Source: Octopus bimaculoides (Eukaryota). From it: 64,000 nt of DNA. Below are positions 1 to 11,496 of the stretch, piece by piece. The translations under genes were made by a program, and so were the position numbers. How positions within the stretch are numbered: the stretch's first letter is position 1; each line of letters opens with the position of its first letter. Where the stretch lies: contig NC_068983.1 of NCBI RefSeq assembly GCF_001194135.2, positions 68,374,440 through 68,438,439 of the forward strand. The letters are read 5' to 3'. Below the pieces are notes generated by a model. It was not told the origin of the DNA, did not search any database, and was given only the letters and a program-made list of their open reading frames with translations.

Positions 1-120
1 AGCTAGAGGCGATGGCTTCTTGGAGCTAATTCACGGCAGCTTTCGTCCTAATTTTGGGACTGCCATGTTGGCTTGGCGATAACTATTAATTTCCAGTACC
101 GCTGCCGTAGTCTCCTTTAG
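1..120. promoter_or_regulatory. CpG-containing patch, possible promoter/first exon (alternatively a terminal exon at 31-114)
   Basis: Six CpGs in 120 bp against a CpG-depleted background. Contains GCCATGTT (YY1-like; gccaacATGG on minus). Confidence 0.3.
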
Positions 121-143
121 AGAGACTTAGAAATATTAATAAC

Positions 144-183
<40 letters not shown>

Positions 184-711
184 ACCAATAAATGACAATG
201 TGAGATTGTACAAATGACGATGTTAAGATTCCATACAAATTCAGCATTAAGTCATTTCAAGCAGTATCAGTAATTCAGTGATAACAACTGAGATTAGTAA
301 TATCAATTAATTCATTAGTATGTCAGTGACATCTCATCCTAAAAACGTAGTTTAGCAATATTGTTTCTGTTTATTTCTTTATTTATTTGAGTTAGCATAT
401 ATAACATCATTTTCAGTTACATTTCCAGACAAAAACTGACAAATTCATAATAGATTAAACTCTAATTTCATCTCCCAGAATACTGACAACCAGCACTATG
501 ATATAGTTACATACAACTGAAATTCAAATCCAGATAAGACATTACCTATTGAACTATAGTTATAGTTTAGATGAGACAAAACTGAAGGTAATTGTAGGTA
601 CATGCCACTTCACCAGATGTTTTTAGCTCCAAAGTTTACCAATTTATCAAATATGTTACAGAAATAGAATATGTTAAAAAATGTTTTTTTAAAACACACA
701 AAAAGACATAC

Positions 712-807
712 CTTGATATCAGAATCTTTCATTTTCAACTTATCAAGTAAGTCATGTGAAGACTTTTCATTACCAAGAGCTGACTTTTTCTTCTCCTCCA
801 TCAGTTC
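712..807 (-). CDS. CDK5RAP2: Exon: ELMEEKKKSALGNEKSSHDLLDKLKMKDSDIK (last securely identified exon)
   Basis: tttgttgtgtag| ... |gtatgt, 96 nt. Confidence 0.9.
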
Positions 808-1122
808 CTACACAACAAAAACAAAACAAATGAAAAAAGTTTTGTAAATATTTTTTTTCTTTTATATTATATAGAGTCTGCCAGCAATAATCCCCCTCTC
901 TTTAACTTTCACACCCCACTTGTAATACATCCATAACCACAGTACGCTAGCATGGCCATAGTCATGACGACTAAAGCAAACTAAAGAACTATCCAATCTT
1001 TTTCAGAGAGTATATCTAGGATAACATCCTTTCCTTTTTGAAGGTGAACAGCTCTACCAGACTTCTCTCTTTCATACACAAACACATTATATATAATTAT
1101 CATAAATGGTTTTAGTTCTCAC

Positions 1123-1209
1123 CTGTAAAAGTTGATCTTTGGCTAACATCCGCTTTTCCAGTTCAACAACTTTGTTTTCTGAATCTGATACATGCAAACG
1201 TAAGGACTC
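1123..1209 (-). CDS. CDK5RAP2: Exon: ESLRLHVSDSENKVVELEKRMLAKDQLLQ
   Basis: ttttattgctag| ... |gtgaga, 87 nt. Confidence 0.9.
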
Positions 1210-1299
1210 CTAGCAATAAAAAGATAATTTAGATTTATTTTAAACAGTTCACTCAGCAGAATACAATTTTTTGAAGACAAATTAAATGAAATAATATTT

Positions 1300-2070
1300 A
1301 TTACCATTTTTACATCCATTTTTGCATGGTTTATATCGAACTTCTCCAACAGCATTTGTCAAAGTCATTTGTTATCTCCTTTGTAAGGTTCAACCTCTTG
1401 AAATCGGTTTCCATCACTTCTGCAGATACCTTTTATGTGGATCTCTTGCACCTTTTTAATCAACTGTTATCATCCACATGCATCACATGCCCATACGATT
1501 TGCACCCCATCATTCAGTGCACACTAACATTACACATCCAGTAGAACATAGTCATTTAATTTTTTTCCAGCCCAGCCTTCACATGTCCTCCACATTCAAT
1601 ACTCATATTTCACGACCAAGCAATGATCACACTTTATACACAAGCATCATACAATTTACTCTGCATTCAGAAAAAGAAATTCTTTATTTGTCAGTAGAGA
1701 TAATAGCTCCTTCAATATTTTCCAGTAAATTTTAACTTCTGCACTTTCAGAGCTCTACTACTAGTTAGATCACCTATGTAAGAGAAGCTATCTACAACTT
1801 CTATGGAACCTTCTGAGCATTTGAAAGAATTGTAACTACTCCAGTGTATCTGCCACATAGGGAAGCTTTGTTTTCTGTTAACCTGCTTTTAATCCCATTA
1901 TACCTCTTGTGCATGATCTCTCAAGTCTATATTACCAAGAAGGTGAAGTTTTTCCAGAGTAAGTAGAGTAGACATGAAGATTTTAATACTTGTGTATGAA
2001 TCGTTGCATAGATTCTCATGTCCAAATTTTAACTAGTTAAAGTAGTTTTATGGATGTTATGCAGTATTTC
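1300..2070 (-). mobile_element. Degraded RTE-clade LINE 3' fragment
   Basis: Broken frames with YGHVMHVDDNS*LKRC...EVMETDFKRLNLTKE and EVVDSFSYIGD, parallel to the copies at 7056-7238 and 36290-36760. Confidence 0.6.
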
Positions 2071-2355
2071 ATATAATTGCCAAACTTAATACCAGGAAAA
2101 GGTGCAAAAAAATAAATAAATAAATAAAAAGACACTGGTGCACCAGATTTTCTTTTCAGCACCAGATTGAATATTTTATCCCAATCAATAACATAGCAGG
2201 ATACATTCACAAGTCTCTAGTACATTACACACAAAATGAAACAGTAATGCAAAGAGTAACAAGCAGTTTTCTGAAAATTCACTTCTTCATTATGTAGGGA
2301 ATGCTATTAATTATTGATTCACAAGGTTTTTGATTAATCTAGAAAATGACTTTAC

Positions 2356-2451
2356 CTCTAAAGCATTGTTTTTAGCTGTGATAGCATTCTGAAGGTGTTG
2401 TATTAAGTCATCTTTCTCCTCCATTATTCGGGAATGGTTCTCAGTCTGCTC
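2356..2451 (-). CDS. CDK5RAP2: Exon: EQTENHSRIMEEKDDLIQHLQNAITAKNNALE
   Basis: ttgttttgcag| ... |gtaaag, 96 nt. Confidence 0.9.
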
Positions 2452-3078
2452 CTGCAAAACAATTTGATAAATTTCAATATTAAATAGTCTTTTATATATT
2501 AGCAATAACATTTTAAATCTTACAGAAGGATAGAAATTCTGTAAAACTAAGAAGTATTGATTCAGTTGGGGGAAAATACTAACACAACAGAGTAGAGAGG
2601 TACTGACAAAGTACAACAAGGAGAGATTGAAATATCAATAAAAATCAACACATTACAATAAATGGATACTGACACAGAAGATTAAAAAAGTTTTGAGACA
2701 TTAAACTCAGCAGTATAAAGAGATGCTTATACAGCAAAGTAAAGGGGTTTTGACTCATTAACTCAGCAGTGTAATGAAATTAAATGAGCAGAGTAGAATG
2801 ACATCTGTTCATTAAGAAGGGAATTATATCTCTTCAATTAAGTAAAGAGATACCTACTGATCTATGAAAATAAGATGGATTCATAGCAACGAAAGCCTAT
2901 GGTGTATAAAAGGATTTTATATACAGTAGAGGCAAATATTTTAGATTTAAATGAATTCATATAGCAATATGTTGTGCACTGATTGTAAAGATTGTTTTTG
3001 ACCAAAAAAATTATAATACAAACCCATCAATTCTACTGAATATAGTCGGCTACAAGTAACAGAAAACTTCACACTTAC

Positions 3079-3162
3079 TTTGTGAACATTTTGAGCAGCT
3101 TTGAGGGCAGCTGAAAGTTTGTTGATATTCAAATCCTTCATTTTACTTTGTTTTCCAATCAT
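3079..3162 (-). CDS. CDK5RAP2: Exon: MIGKQSKMKDLNINKLSAALKAAQNVHK
   Basis: cttttgttgctag| ... |gtaagt, 84 nt. Confidence 0.88.
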
Positions 3163-3841
3163 CTAGCAACAAAAGAAGGTAAACCCAAAACATGTTAAAG
3201 TAAGCAAATACATAAAAAAGGAACAAATAACCACATTTCTCAAAGGCTTTATTAAATATTTCCCCTGATCATGTCAAATGTTAAATTTTAATATCTTAGG
3301 GTATCATAGTTCAATGATAAAATATGTTCATAGTTTAATGATAAAATATGTGTGTGTTTAATTATTGCTATATCTAAACAATATCTCTTATATATGTTTA
3401 GACACAAGACAATCTATCCACAAACTATTTAATTAATGACAATAAATTGAGTTGGTTCACATTTTAGTAACATAAAAAAAAGACAGGTTTTGTTTGACTG
3501 ATTTAAAGATGACACATGGTATTAAAAATATAGTCTTCAGAGGTGCTCAATAGCTCAAAGACTAACAAAACCTATAACACTTATTTTTTTACTATTCTTT
3601 GAAGTATTGCTTAAAAATACAAGAATAATTACTTGAATAATTAGCAAATGTCTGAATTTACTTAAATCCAGCACCCTTATATGTGAACATAAAAACATTT
3701 GAAAGGATGACCAAAAATGAAATAGGAAAAGAGAGAGCAGGAAGAAAAATAAAATTAAATAATATCATCAATAGTTGCCATAAATATCAATATGTGAATA
3801 AATGCATGATCAAACTGACTCCAAGAATTGCATGTACTTAC

Positions 3842-3979
3842 ATCAATAGTTTCTTGTGCACTCAGTAACATGTGATTGGCTTTTTCCAAGTTGCTGTCTC
3901 TTTCTCGCAGAGCTAGACGCAGCTGTTGAATTTCCATGTTAAATTCTTCCTCAAGATGAATTTGATCCGACAGGGTTTT
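3842..3979 (-). CDS. CDK5RAP2: Exon: KTLSDQIHLEEEFNMEIQQLRLALRERDSNLEKANHMLLSAQETID
   Basis: ttttcttttccag| ... |gtaagt, 138 nt. Confidence 0.92.
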
Positions 3980-4194
3980 CTGGAAAAGAAAAATGCATTT
4001 ATTCGTTTGCTAATAATTAATAATTGTTCACTTCAAGTTTTATCATTTATATCAATGATATTATCAGTGTAATAAAATTATGAAAAAAAATTTAGTTAAC
4101 AAATCAAATTAGCTGGTGTTGGTTGAGACAGTCAACTGTTTATTTCCTCTAAATATAACACCTTACATCTATGTAAGGAATAAATATAATAGAT

Positions 4195-4395
4195 AGGTGC
4201 TGCTGCCATGTATAAAGCACTGGTGCTAGCACCCAGTAAACTCTGTCAAGTGGTTGGCATTAGGAAGGGCATCCAACTGTAAAAGCTGGGTCAAAACAGA
4301 TAACTGGAGCCCGGTGCAACTATCCAGTTGGCCAGCTCCTGTAAACTGTCTAACGCTTGCTCACATGGAAAACAGATGTTAAATGATGATAATGG
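4195..4395 (+). mobile_element. RTE-tail repeat (ggttggcattaggaagggcatcc...catggaaaacagatgttaaatgatgat), diverged
   Basis: Same motifs as the younger copies at 16689, 25890 and 41700. Confidence 0.6.
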
Positions 4396-4452
4396 AATGA
4401 AATAAAATGAGGATGATGACGACGATGGAATGAGATAAAAAAAAAAAACTAC

Positions 4453-4515
4453 CTGTAGAGATTCTTCTTTTTCTTTTAACCTCTCCTCAAGGCTTTCAAT
4501 AACTCCACTTTTCAT
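4453..4515 (-). CDS. CDK5RAP2: Exon: MKSGVIESLEERLKEKEESLQ
   Basis: ttttacctag| ... |gtagtt, 63 nt. Confidence 0.88.
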
Positions 4516-5034
4516 CTAGGTAAAATAAAATAAAAACAAATATATAAATGATGAAACAAAAATAAAAATTCTTTCACAGGGTAGATTTCCAAAATTTCCC
4601 AATTACGAGGAAGACTACACCGACACAGAAATAACAGCTACAACCTACAAAGCACACCCTATTGTTTTAACATAAAGGACACATTGGCTAATGTAGTTCT
4701 ACCTATGCATAAAGACAGGATGTGCGAATGGAAAGCTTTTGGTCAAGGTCTGTCCAAATAGTGGTGTTAAACATAACAATTACAGCGAATACTGCTTTTT
4801 GTGGTTTTTCTTCTTTTCATTTCACTTGTTGAGTCAGGAAGATGAGATCCTCTGAGACTTGTAAGTTTGATGCCATTAATGTTTCATTTAAACTGTTGCA
4901 GGTCAACACCTGCTGGAAAGACATGAACAGGAAGATTCCAGAGGGATGTGTAAGGACTGGGCATAATGGTTAGTGAGGAATAAAGGAGGTTGAACATCCT
5001 AAGTGTGATAAGTTGTCATTCAATGTCAAGACAA

Positions 5035-5195
5035 GCATACACACACAACGGGCTTCTTTTGATTTCTGTCAACCAAATCCACTCACAAGGCTTTGGTTGC
5101 TGAGGGCTATAGAAAACACTTGCCCAAGGTACCACACAGCAGGACTGAATCCAAAATCATGTGGTTGGGAAGCAAACTTCTAAACCACATAGCCA
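5035..5195 (-). mobile_element. tRNA-derived SINE family A, 5' part
   Basis: Reverse complement of the head of the full copy at 39979. Confidence 0.7.
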
Positions 5196-5328
5196 CATCT
5201 GTAGAAGTAAATATTTGAAAATAATTTCTCTAGAGACAAGGTTAATCAACTGGAAAATTATAATTTCATGAATTAATTTACTTACACAACGAGGATGAGA
5301 AGAAATAAAAATAAAAACACTAACTTAC

Positions 5329-5460
5329 CTCATCATTATTATTGCGTAACAGCTGCAGGTATTGGTGGAGTTGTTTATCCTTCTCCTTTAAGTTATCTGA
5401 TAACTGCTGGATTAACATGTCTTTACTATGTGACTGGTGTTCTAAATCTTCAATCATTAA
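5329..5460 (-). CDS. CDK5RAP2: Exon: LMIEDLEHQSHSKDMLIQQLSDNLKEKDKQLHQYLQLLRNNNDE
   Basis: aattcctttag| ... |gtaagt, 132 nt. Confidence 0.92.
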
Positions 5461-5496
5461 CTAAAGGAATTAAACAAGACATACAGTTTATGAATG

Positions 5497-5953
5497 CATT
5501 ATACAATCTATCAGTACATCATATAATATCAATGTTTCAGACAGTCTATCAGAGCATCAAAACACACAACCTGCAAGTACATCATAAAATGTCAATACCC
5601 CATGCAATAAGTGAATACATCATACAATCTTGAGAACATTGTACATCCTATGAATGCATCACACAATCTGAATGCATCATACACTCTGCCAGTGTACCAT
5701 ACAATCAATGAGAACATCATATAATTTGTTAGTGGCACATCATACTATCTGTGAGTGTATCATATAATCTGTTAGTACACCAAGCAACCTGTGAGTACAT
5801 CATACAATTTGTGATATACTATCCAATCTGTGATTTCACATTACTATCTGATTACATCATACAATCTGTGAAAACATTACACAATCACTTAGTTGTACAT
5901 CATACAAGCTGTGGGGACATCATACATTCTCTCAGCACATTGTATAATCTAAG
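5497..5953. repeat. Degenerate minisatellite, unit ~20 bp, consensus near CATCATACAATCTGTGAGTA
   Basis: About 20 imperfect tandem units read by eye. Confidence 0.8.
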
Positions 5954-6053
5954 TCAAAAATTCCATAAAATAACTAACAAACATGTTTATAAATATAAAA
6001 ATTACACAACAGAGTAGACAATAAAAACGGTGCCTAAAGAAGCCAGAATCTAC

Positions 6054-6128
6054 CTGATATTGATCCATTTGTTGGTCTAATTTCTCTTTAGCTTCTCTTT
6101 TCTCACGAAGCAGTTGATCTTGGAGTTG
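6054..6128 (-). CDS. CDK5RAP2: Exon: QLQDQLLREKREAKEKLDQQMDQYQ
   Basis: ccttgttttcag| ... |gtagat, 75 nt. Confidence 0.9.
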
Positions 6129-6331
6129 CTGAAAACAAGGAGAGACAAAAAATAGAATTAGAAATTATTGTAATATATGATGTTGTTGGTATTTAGCTTA
6201 TTATTCAGGAATGGTTCTCAGTCTGCTCCTGCAAAACAATTTGAGCAAACTTGCATTCAAAGGAATTTCAACAGAGATTAAGTACCATTCATGTCATTGT
6301 GGGGATATTACTATTACCTAATGTATCCTTA

Positions 6332-6672
6332 TTTGAAGTGGTTTGACAGAGTGCCAAACACCAACCTGTGGGAAAGGGCCATCCAGGAGCCCATACATGT
6401 TCAAATTAGACGAAGGAAATGGAGATGGATCGGGGACACACTGTGGAAAGAACCCTCAAATGTGACACGACAAGCACTTGACTGGAACCCGCAGGGGAAA
6501 AGGAAGCGAGGACGCCCAAAGCAGACATGGAAGTGGAGCATTTTGGACACGCTCAGGACCACCGGCCTGACATGGGAAGCGGCCAAGAAACACGCCAATG
6601 ACTGCAAAACGTGGAAAATAACTGTTGAGGCCCTATACACCACAAGGGGCAAAAAGGATTAAGAAGAAGAAG
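6332..6672 (+). mobile_element. 5'-truncated RTE-clade LINE with (AAG)n tail and 12-bp TSD
   Basis: ORF end QIRRRKWRWIGDTLWKEPSNVTRQALDWNPQGKRKRGRPKQTW...GKKD*; TSD AATGTATCCTTA at 6320-6331 and 6673-6684. Confidence 0.9.
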
Positions 6673-6789
6673 AATGTATCCTTACACGTTTTTGAGGAAT
6701 ATCTGCAGTAGCCAAACAACCACAATAACAGAAATCAAGTCCCTAGTCGATTTCTGTAATATAATGTTATTTCTAGATCTGAGGAAATG

Positions 6790-7236
6790 GCTGAGTGCAG
6801 CACAATACTGGAGTGAATGTAACTCAGTTTAATAAGTGGGCTGGTTACACACCATATTCAGATGTGCTTTTAACGTTCCACTGGCACGAGTGTCAATCAG
6901 GCAGTACTGTGATCGGCCACGACAGCGAATTTGATTTCACTTGCCTCAACAGGTCTTCGCAAGCAAAGTTTATTGTTCAATGAATGAGGGATATTCATAA
7001 GTGGGCTGGTTACACCCACTGCCATAGGCCATGGGCTATGGTCTCACTTGGCTTGTCAGGTCTTCTCAAGCACAGTATATCTCCAAAGGTCTCGGTCACT
7101 AGTCATTGCCTCGGTAAGGCCCAATGTTTGAAGGTCATGCTTCACCACCTCATCCCAGGTTTTCCTGGGTCTACCTCTTCCACAGGTTCCCTCAACTGCT
7201 AAGGTGTCAAACTTTTTCACACAGCTGTCCTCATCC
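6790..7236 (-). mobile_element. RTE-clade LINE ORF end plus part of 3' UTR
   Basis: MDEDSCVKK...GRGRPRKTWDEVVKHDLQTLGLTEAMTSDRDLWRY; downstream CGTGCCAGTGGAACGTTAAAAGCAC unit. Confidence 0.8.
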
Positions 7237-7661
7237 ATTCACATGGTGGAGGAGGGGGGAGTGTTGGTGAAGCAAGTGGTTATCAAAACAGAGAGAGAGA
7301 GAGAGAGACAGAGTGAGACAGAGTGAGGGGGCCAGAGTTAGGGTGGTCAAGGATAGAACACGTGGGAGAAAAATATTCTTTTGGGATTTAGGGAAACATA
7401 ATTTAATGAAACAGCAAATGCTGATAATAGTGAAATAGAATTGAAAAATCTTAGAATTTTCGGTAAGCCAATCTGTGACAAAATTAGAGAAATAAGTGAC
7501 GATGTGACAAACTTGAATAAATGAATAGGTGACAAATAGTAAATGCACATGAAGGAACTTAAGTTTGTCTTAAGACAACAGTGAGGAAGATGAAACTATG
7601 TTTAAAATATGTTTACATGGTAAAGAATTATAACCAAAGGTTAAAGATTTATTTTTATTAC

Positions 7662-7766
7662 CTGCACCGCATCTTCACTTTGTTTCAAAGCATCTCGTGT
7701 CTTTGTAAGCATATCTCGGAATGAACTGAGTTCCTGTTCTTTTTTCTCAATGGAATCAACCAAATT
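7662..7766 (-). CDS. CDK5RAP2: Exon: NLVDSIEKKEQELSSFRDMLTKTRDALKQSEDAVQ
   Basis: gttttgtaag| ... |gtaata, 105 nt. Confidence 0.9.
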
Positions 7767-8815
7767 CTTACAAAACAAATTAAGAAAATTGCATTGATAA
7801 AAACATAAAATAAAATGAAAAGTAAATATTTGAACATTTTCTGTCATTGAAGAGCACAGAAATTTTATAGAATTCAAGCTATCTACATTCAATGATTTGA
7901 ATGACCTTGGTTAAAGGATTAAGAATTTTTAAATACAGCCATGAAGGCTACTGATTACACTCTTTCACCAAGAGAGAACTGTCCAATAAACGTGTATATC
8001 ATTAGTACTATAATTACACAACAGAAGTGCAAAAACACTTCAGAACCAGAAGAAAAAAAAAATCACAGTATTTCTGAAATCAAAGCCCACCAGAGTTGAC
8101 TTTAGGTTTCATCCTAATCTTATCTTAGGATGGGTATCACAGATGCACTAGGTTCAATTTAGTCAACTATACTGATACCCTGTGCCTCCAATAAATTTGT
8201 GGGTTTATGCAAATCTGTGAAAATATAGTCAGTAACATTGCAACAGACCAATGAATTAAGTACCTTGCAGAGTTTAGTACATCCCTTTATGTTATGTGAC
8301 TTTCAACTGAACTAAAGATGACTGCTTTTCCACCTTCCAAGCAGTCAACAAGTGAATACTAACATAATTGTACAGTCTCCTAAAAGTTGATGGCCATACG
8401 ACAATATCAGAAATCCTCACAGCTATAAACATCATGGTATATTATACTCTTAGTGAAAAAGAGCCTGTGACCTGATTAGAATTTTCAGTTGAAAACACAC
8501 CAATGCCCATGGAAAATATTTTATTCATTTCAAAAAAATCTATCATTATCGTCACTATTATCATCAATAATAGTGGTAGATGATGTAGTTCAGACATAAG
8601 CTCTTGACAAAGCAACTCACTTTCCATTCAAGATCATTTTAGACTTATGTTAATGAATTCTTGTAAAAAAAACCTTGGCAGAAAGGAAAATCATATTTTC
8701 CGTGATTTTCCAATCTGCCTATCCCAACCACATAAAAAAAAAAGGAAATTTTTTTTCTTTTTGTAATTAAAAGACCAAAGAGACATACCAAAAAATTATC
8801 ATAGTTGTAATATCA

Positions 8816-8846
<31 letters not shown>

Positions 8847-8953
8847 ATTCATCCTTTTATGTATCAGTGGAAAACTGGGCTCAATGTAATCAATAAGCCC
8901 CTCTCCACTCCAAAGAAATATCAGGCCTTGCCTATCTTAAAAAGAATTACTAA

Positions 8954-9176
8954 AGGTAGTGAGTTGGTAGAATCATTAGCACACCAGACACAATGCTTAG
9001 TAGTATTTCATCTGTCTTTATGTTCTGAGTTCAAATTCTGTCAAGGCTGACTTTGCCTTTCACCCTTTCAAGGTTGCTGAAATAATGACCAGTTGAATAA
9101 TGAGGTCAATGTAATTGACTAGAGCCCTCCTACCCAACTTTAGGCTTTGTGCCTATAATAGAAAGGGTTATTATTG
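8954..9176 (+). mobile_element. tRNA-derived SINE family B
   Basis: Head with GAGTTCAAATTC B-box-like motif; body matches the copies at 54022-54478. Confidence 0.75.
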
Positions 9177-10044
9177 TTAATAAGGCAAGCTAGAAGAATC
9201 ATTAACACATCCGAAAAAACACCTCATGGCATTTCTTTCAGCTTGATGTTCTGAGTTCAAGCACTGCTGAGGCTGAGAGTTAACAGGTGTGATGGCAATG
9301 TGTAGCTATAAGTTGTAGAACATGCACTACATTAGGATGTTCAGGCAAGTATCAGAGTTGATCATCATCATCATCAATGTTCCATGCAAGCTGTCACATT
9401 AACTTTCTCCCAGCTCATTAGAGAAGCCCTTACATTATAGTCTGGACTATCTGAAGGACTATCCACACAAAAAGGATAACTCTCATGCTTGATTTACAAA
9501 TAATACAAACGTGAGCCAAAAGACAATAAAGCTCATGATTGACAAACCCAACTGCACAGTAGCTTCAGTCAATTTCTATATCAATTGCTATCCAAGAACT
9601 GAATTCCATCATACACTACCAGGCAACTAGCAGAAGCCGATGCGCAAATGTCCAACATACGGCCTGTCCTAACATGTCACGCAAGCCAAAACAAAATCAA
9701 CCATGTTTTTGTCAGCCTTTCTCTTAAGCTTACCCTCTGTAATAATCCCAGTTGTCAGAATGTGTGATGCTAAGATTCCTGAGTTACACAGCAATAAGTA
9801 GAGAGTGATATGCAAACATTCAAAACACTACTGACCCAACAAGGCTTCTGCTTGAGCCACTTCTTTATTAATAGGCATGATTATTCAAAATGCTATCTTA
9901 TTTTCACACACGTGCATGCATCCACACACTTATACATGCATCCATACATACACCCCTACAATATTCACATTAGATTTACTTATGATACAAAATATGAAAG
10001 TTATTGTGTAATCAAACCAACCAAGCACTTCATGCATGACATGC

Positions 10045-10222
10045 ATCTCATAGAAAACATTTTTTTTTCAAGTGCCGTGCCTCTACTAGTGGTACTCATT
10101 TCTACAGCTGAGTGGACCAGAGCAATGTGAAATGAAGTGTTTTGCTGAAAAACACAATGTGTTGCCTGGTCCAGGAATCGAAACCACAATCTTACAATTG
10201 TGAGTCCAACACCCTAACCACT
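10045..10222 (-). mobile_element. tRNA-derived SINE family C, 5' part
   Basis: Minus strand GTGGCTTAGTGGTTAGGGTGTTGGACTCAC...GTTTCGATTCC (A/B boxes); related to 24490 and 60920. Confidence 0.6.
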
Positions 10223-10444
10223 AAGCCACACGTCTCCCAGGAAGCCATATCCACCACTTAGTCACCACTTCCTGCAAACTTCTCATGCCAGCTCTTCTCA
10301 TTATCTTTTTAGTTTCTCATTATCCTGGCAAGAGATACCCAAGATTGAATGCATGCAGAATTATTAGAACATTGATAAAAATATCTTGAATTCATTCCAG
10401 CTGTTTGTGTGTTTAGCTCAAATATTATTGAGTTAAACTTGTAA

Positions 10445-10887
10445 ACATCAAAGGTGATTGTAACCCCTCTACAACAAGACACCTGTTTCTGTCTCTCTCT
10501 GTCACACTATAACCTTTCATTATCTGACACAAGATCACCTCCTCCAACGTCCCTTCCCCTCTCAAAGGTTCTTTGTCTTGCAAGTTACTTGGTGACTCTG
10601 CCAGTACTGGTGCCACGTAAAAAGCATTTAGTCTACACTGTGAAGTGTTTGGCATTTGGAAGAGCATGCAGCTGTAAAAACTACCAAAACTGACCTTGCC
10701 TGTGCTGGTGCCATGTAAAAAGCACTCAGTCCACTCTGCAGGGTGGTTGGTGTTAGGAAGGGCATCTAGCCCTAAAAACCATGCCAAAACAGACACAGAA
10801 GTCTGGTGCAGTCTTTTGTCTGGCCAGTTCCTGTCAAACCGTCCAATCCATGCCAGCATGGAAGGCGGATGTTAAACAATGATGATG
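10445..10887 (+). mobile_element. Older RTE-tail repeat ending in (ATG)n
   Basis: GGTGCCACGTAAAAAGCA units and the shared 3' end. Confidence 0.65.
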
Positions 10888-11462
10888 AAAACTACAGTTT
10901 AGTAACTGCTTTGTACCACCCTCTTCCATATTGGCACATCCATTGTTTCTTTTCTTTGTGGTGTCACATGAGTTCCTACTCTCTTAGATGATCTAATCAT
11001 CACAGTCTTAGTTACCATTAATCATCACTTGTCATCACATTGTTCACTGAGCATGCATCACTGATTGTGACTGTGTCATTACTAATACATACAGTTGTTT
11101 GGTCTTTGTACTTACATCTCTCCTTCCCTTTTAAAAAGAAGTTGTATAACAAAACATAGCTAGTCCTGTTTATTCCTTCCCTACCCCTGAAGGGAAATAA
11201 CAAAATCACATTTTGGTAACGTGTCACATAAAAATCTGGAAGATACCCTTGTTGTCAGAGATTAGAAAGGTATTGTAATTAAGACCATATTTTCATTAAT
11301 ATGCATCCCATCAAAAACTACACCTTCCTCCACTTATTTTCTTTCTCTACGTAACTCTACCCTAAAACATAATCCTAACCATACAACAAAACACTAACAT
11401 TAAACACAGACCAAATTTTTCCTTGAAGAAGTATAATCTATGTTTAATATTATCAATTCATG

Positions 11463-11494
<32 letters not shown>
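11463..11494 (+). repeat. Poly(A) run, 32 nt
   Basis: Direct read. Confidence 0.9.

Positions 11495-11496
<2 letters not shown>

Noticed and set aside
1305-1419. Exon-like segment with a gtaa donor
   Set aside because: In-frame stop, no suitable acceptor, and it belongs to the RTE fragment.
5295-5633. Plus-strand ORF with a hydrophobic stretch
   Set aside because: Antisense shadow of exon 5329-5460 plus the minisatellite.
5497-5953. Array superficially like CRISPR repeats
   Set aside because: Units are adjacent and degenerate with no unique spacers; eukaryotic context, no cas genes.
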